From positions 1 to 34,285 of the forward strand of contig NKIB01000251.1 in the NCBI GenBank assembly GCA_002256025.1: a DNA stretch of 34,285 bases, given 5' to 3'. The notes beneath the pieces were generated by a model that was not told the DNA's origin, did not search any database, and worked only from the letters and a program-made list of their open reading frames with translations. The DNA comes from Asterionella formosa. Lineage: Eukaryota. Positions within the stretch are counted from its first letter, which is position 1. Each line of letters opens with the position of its first letter. This document shows, piece after piece, positions 32,941-34,285 of the stretch. The position numbers were made by a program, and so were the translations under genes.

Positions 32941-33569
32941 GGTCAATCGGTCAATCGGTCAATCGAGAAACAGGAACTTGCAAGCATCCATTCTGAACGT
33001 CGCTGCAATTGGGAGGATAGCACCCACATGCCAACTGCAACCACAACAGACAGAAAACAGAAGGCTCTACTGGAACCTGCGTCTGCTGACGTCCCGGTAT
33101 TTGTCATCGAATTTACTCCCCGTCGAATTAGCTAAGTAAAAGCAGAATGATGACGAACTTGTTACCGAGCCGCCGGTAATCAAGACGTCAGCATGTCACA
33201 CTCGATGACATGCATATTTCGGTTACCGGTAACCATGAAAAATGGAATGACATACCAGGGTACCACTGAACGAAGAAGACATACAGCTACTCTATGTGCC
33301 TCCATGTAGTGCATATGAAGAATTATGCAGGATAGCTATATTGCAAAAGAAGTAGGAGAATCATAACAATCGATTGCCATGCATAGAAATTTTTCGTTGG
33401 CAGAGAAAACCGAAGTGATTGCTATCGATCGATGATTCTTTACCGGATATGTCATATACCAGTACCAGGTACCTTACTTATCACTTCACTGTGTACCAGT
33501 ATGCAGTTGTGGTGATATAATAAATCTACCGGTAGGCAACTAATTACCTGGTAACTAGGAGGTTACCTC

Positions 33570-34285
33570 TGTTGAGGGGAACCTTATCGTGAATAAAGGT
33601 GAACTACAATATTATGACTATTCTATTGCTGTTCCAAGTACATCGTTGTCAGCACTCACGCATGTACCTAATCTGGTGGCTGCGCCGGTATGGTTCGTAC
33701 GGCGCATGTATGGAGCATCATATGCAGATATTAACACACCCTCACCAACAGATGCAGGCAGAAGAACAGGAGCGGGGATGGAGATGCTATCAGCATCGGA
33801 AGCCAAGCACGCATAATAGTTAGGAGGACTAGGGAGGGATGGAGGGCAATGGAGATAGTGCGGGCGCATCAACATATGATGGGAAGCGGGATGATGTTTA
33901 GTGAAATAATCAGCACGATTCAAACTACCTTTTTTCCAGTATACAAGAAATTGGCCTTGGCGAACCCGATCGCGTACCCAGTAATACCGCATATCCATAG
34001 CTTTGGAACGTTTTTGTCGGACAGTATCATTGGCAATGCCACTGGCAGTGCTATTATCGGTGACAATACGGGTAGAAGGTTGGGGATGACCAAGCTCAGC
34101 AAGAATGGTGCGAATAGCATATGCCTCTTTGCCATTGTGGAATAAAGCAGCTAATTCGGCCTCAGCAGCACTTGATACAACCTCCTTAAGAATTTGACAG
34201 TGGACGTAAATAGCACCGTTAAGAGGAGGGATGGATGTAGTGAGGCTAGGTGGAGACACGGGTTTACAGCTGAGAAAGTGAATGC
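33570..34285 (-). mobile_element. 3' end of a Ty1/copia (CoDi-like) LTR retrotransposon: RNase H region, PPT and 3' LTR
   Basis: Copia RNase H motifs SSAAEAELAALF, TDNSTA, KRSKAMDMRYYWVRDR and NRADYFTKHH in an unbroken frame. G-rich tract GGTGAGGGTG is followed by a candidate LTR TGTTAA...TCAACA (33736 to 33570, 167 bp). Confidence 0.92.

Overview
Eukaryotic nuclear DNA, most likely from a diatom. This is inferred from compact intron-less genes, a plastid-targeting-type N-terminus and diatom-type Ty1/copia (CoDi-like) remnants. Gene islands are separated by AT-rich, CpG-poor, repeat-filled DNA. Well-supported genes: a tandem two-domain ATP-grasp ligase (minus strand, runs off the left edge, missing from the ORF track), a divergent SLC35F6-like transporter, a POT/PTR peptide transporter, a PDZ + 2Fe-2S ferredoxin protein, a truncated (2/2) globin and an ankyrin-repeat protein. 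Two hypothetical proteins are less certain. Mobile DNA: a decayed Crypton-like tyrosine-recombinase element, a decayed copia element, the apparently intact 3' end of a second copia element, a decayed pogo/Tc1-mariner-like transposase, a TTA-flanked PIF/Harbinger-like MITE and an unclassified ~1.15-kb dispersed repeat. The most notable signals are (i) a set of related tRNA-headed SINE-like elements, one with an 11-bp TSD, a T tail and a hairpin-rich body, and another with a shared core but exchanged 3' tails; (ii) a double ATP-grasp ligase lying near two transporters; and (iii) TACCGGTA/TACCWGGTA palindrome clusters upstream of nearly every gene. All calls come from reading the sequence by eye; no searches were run.
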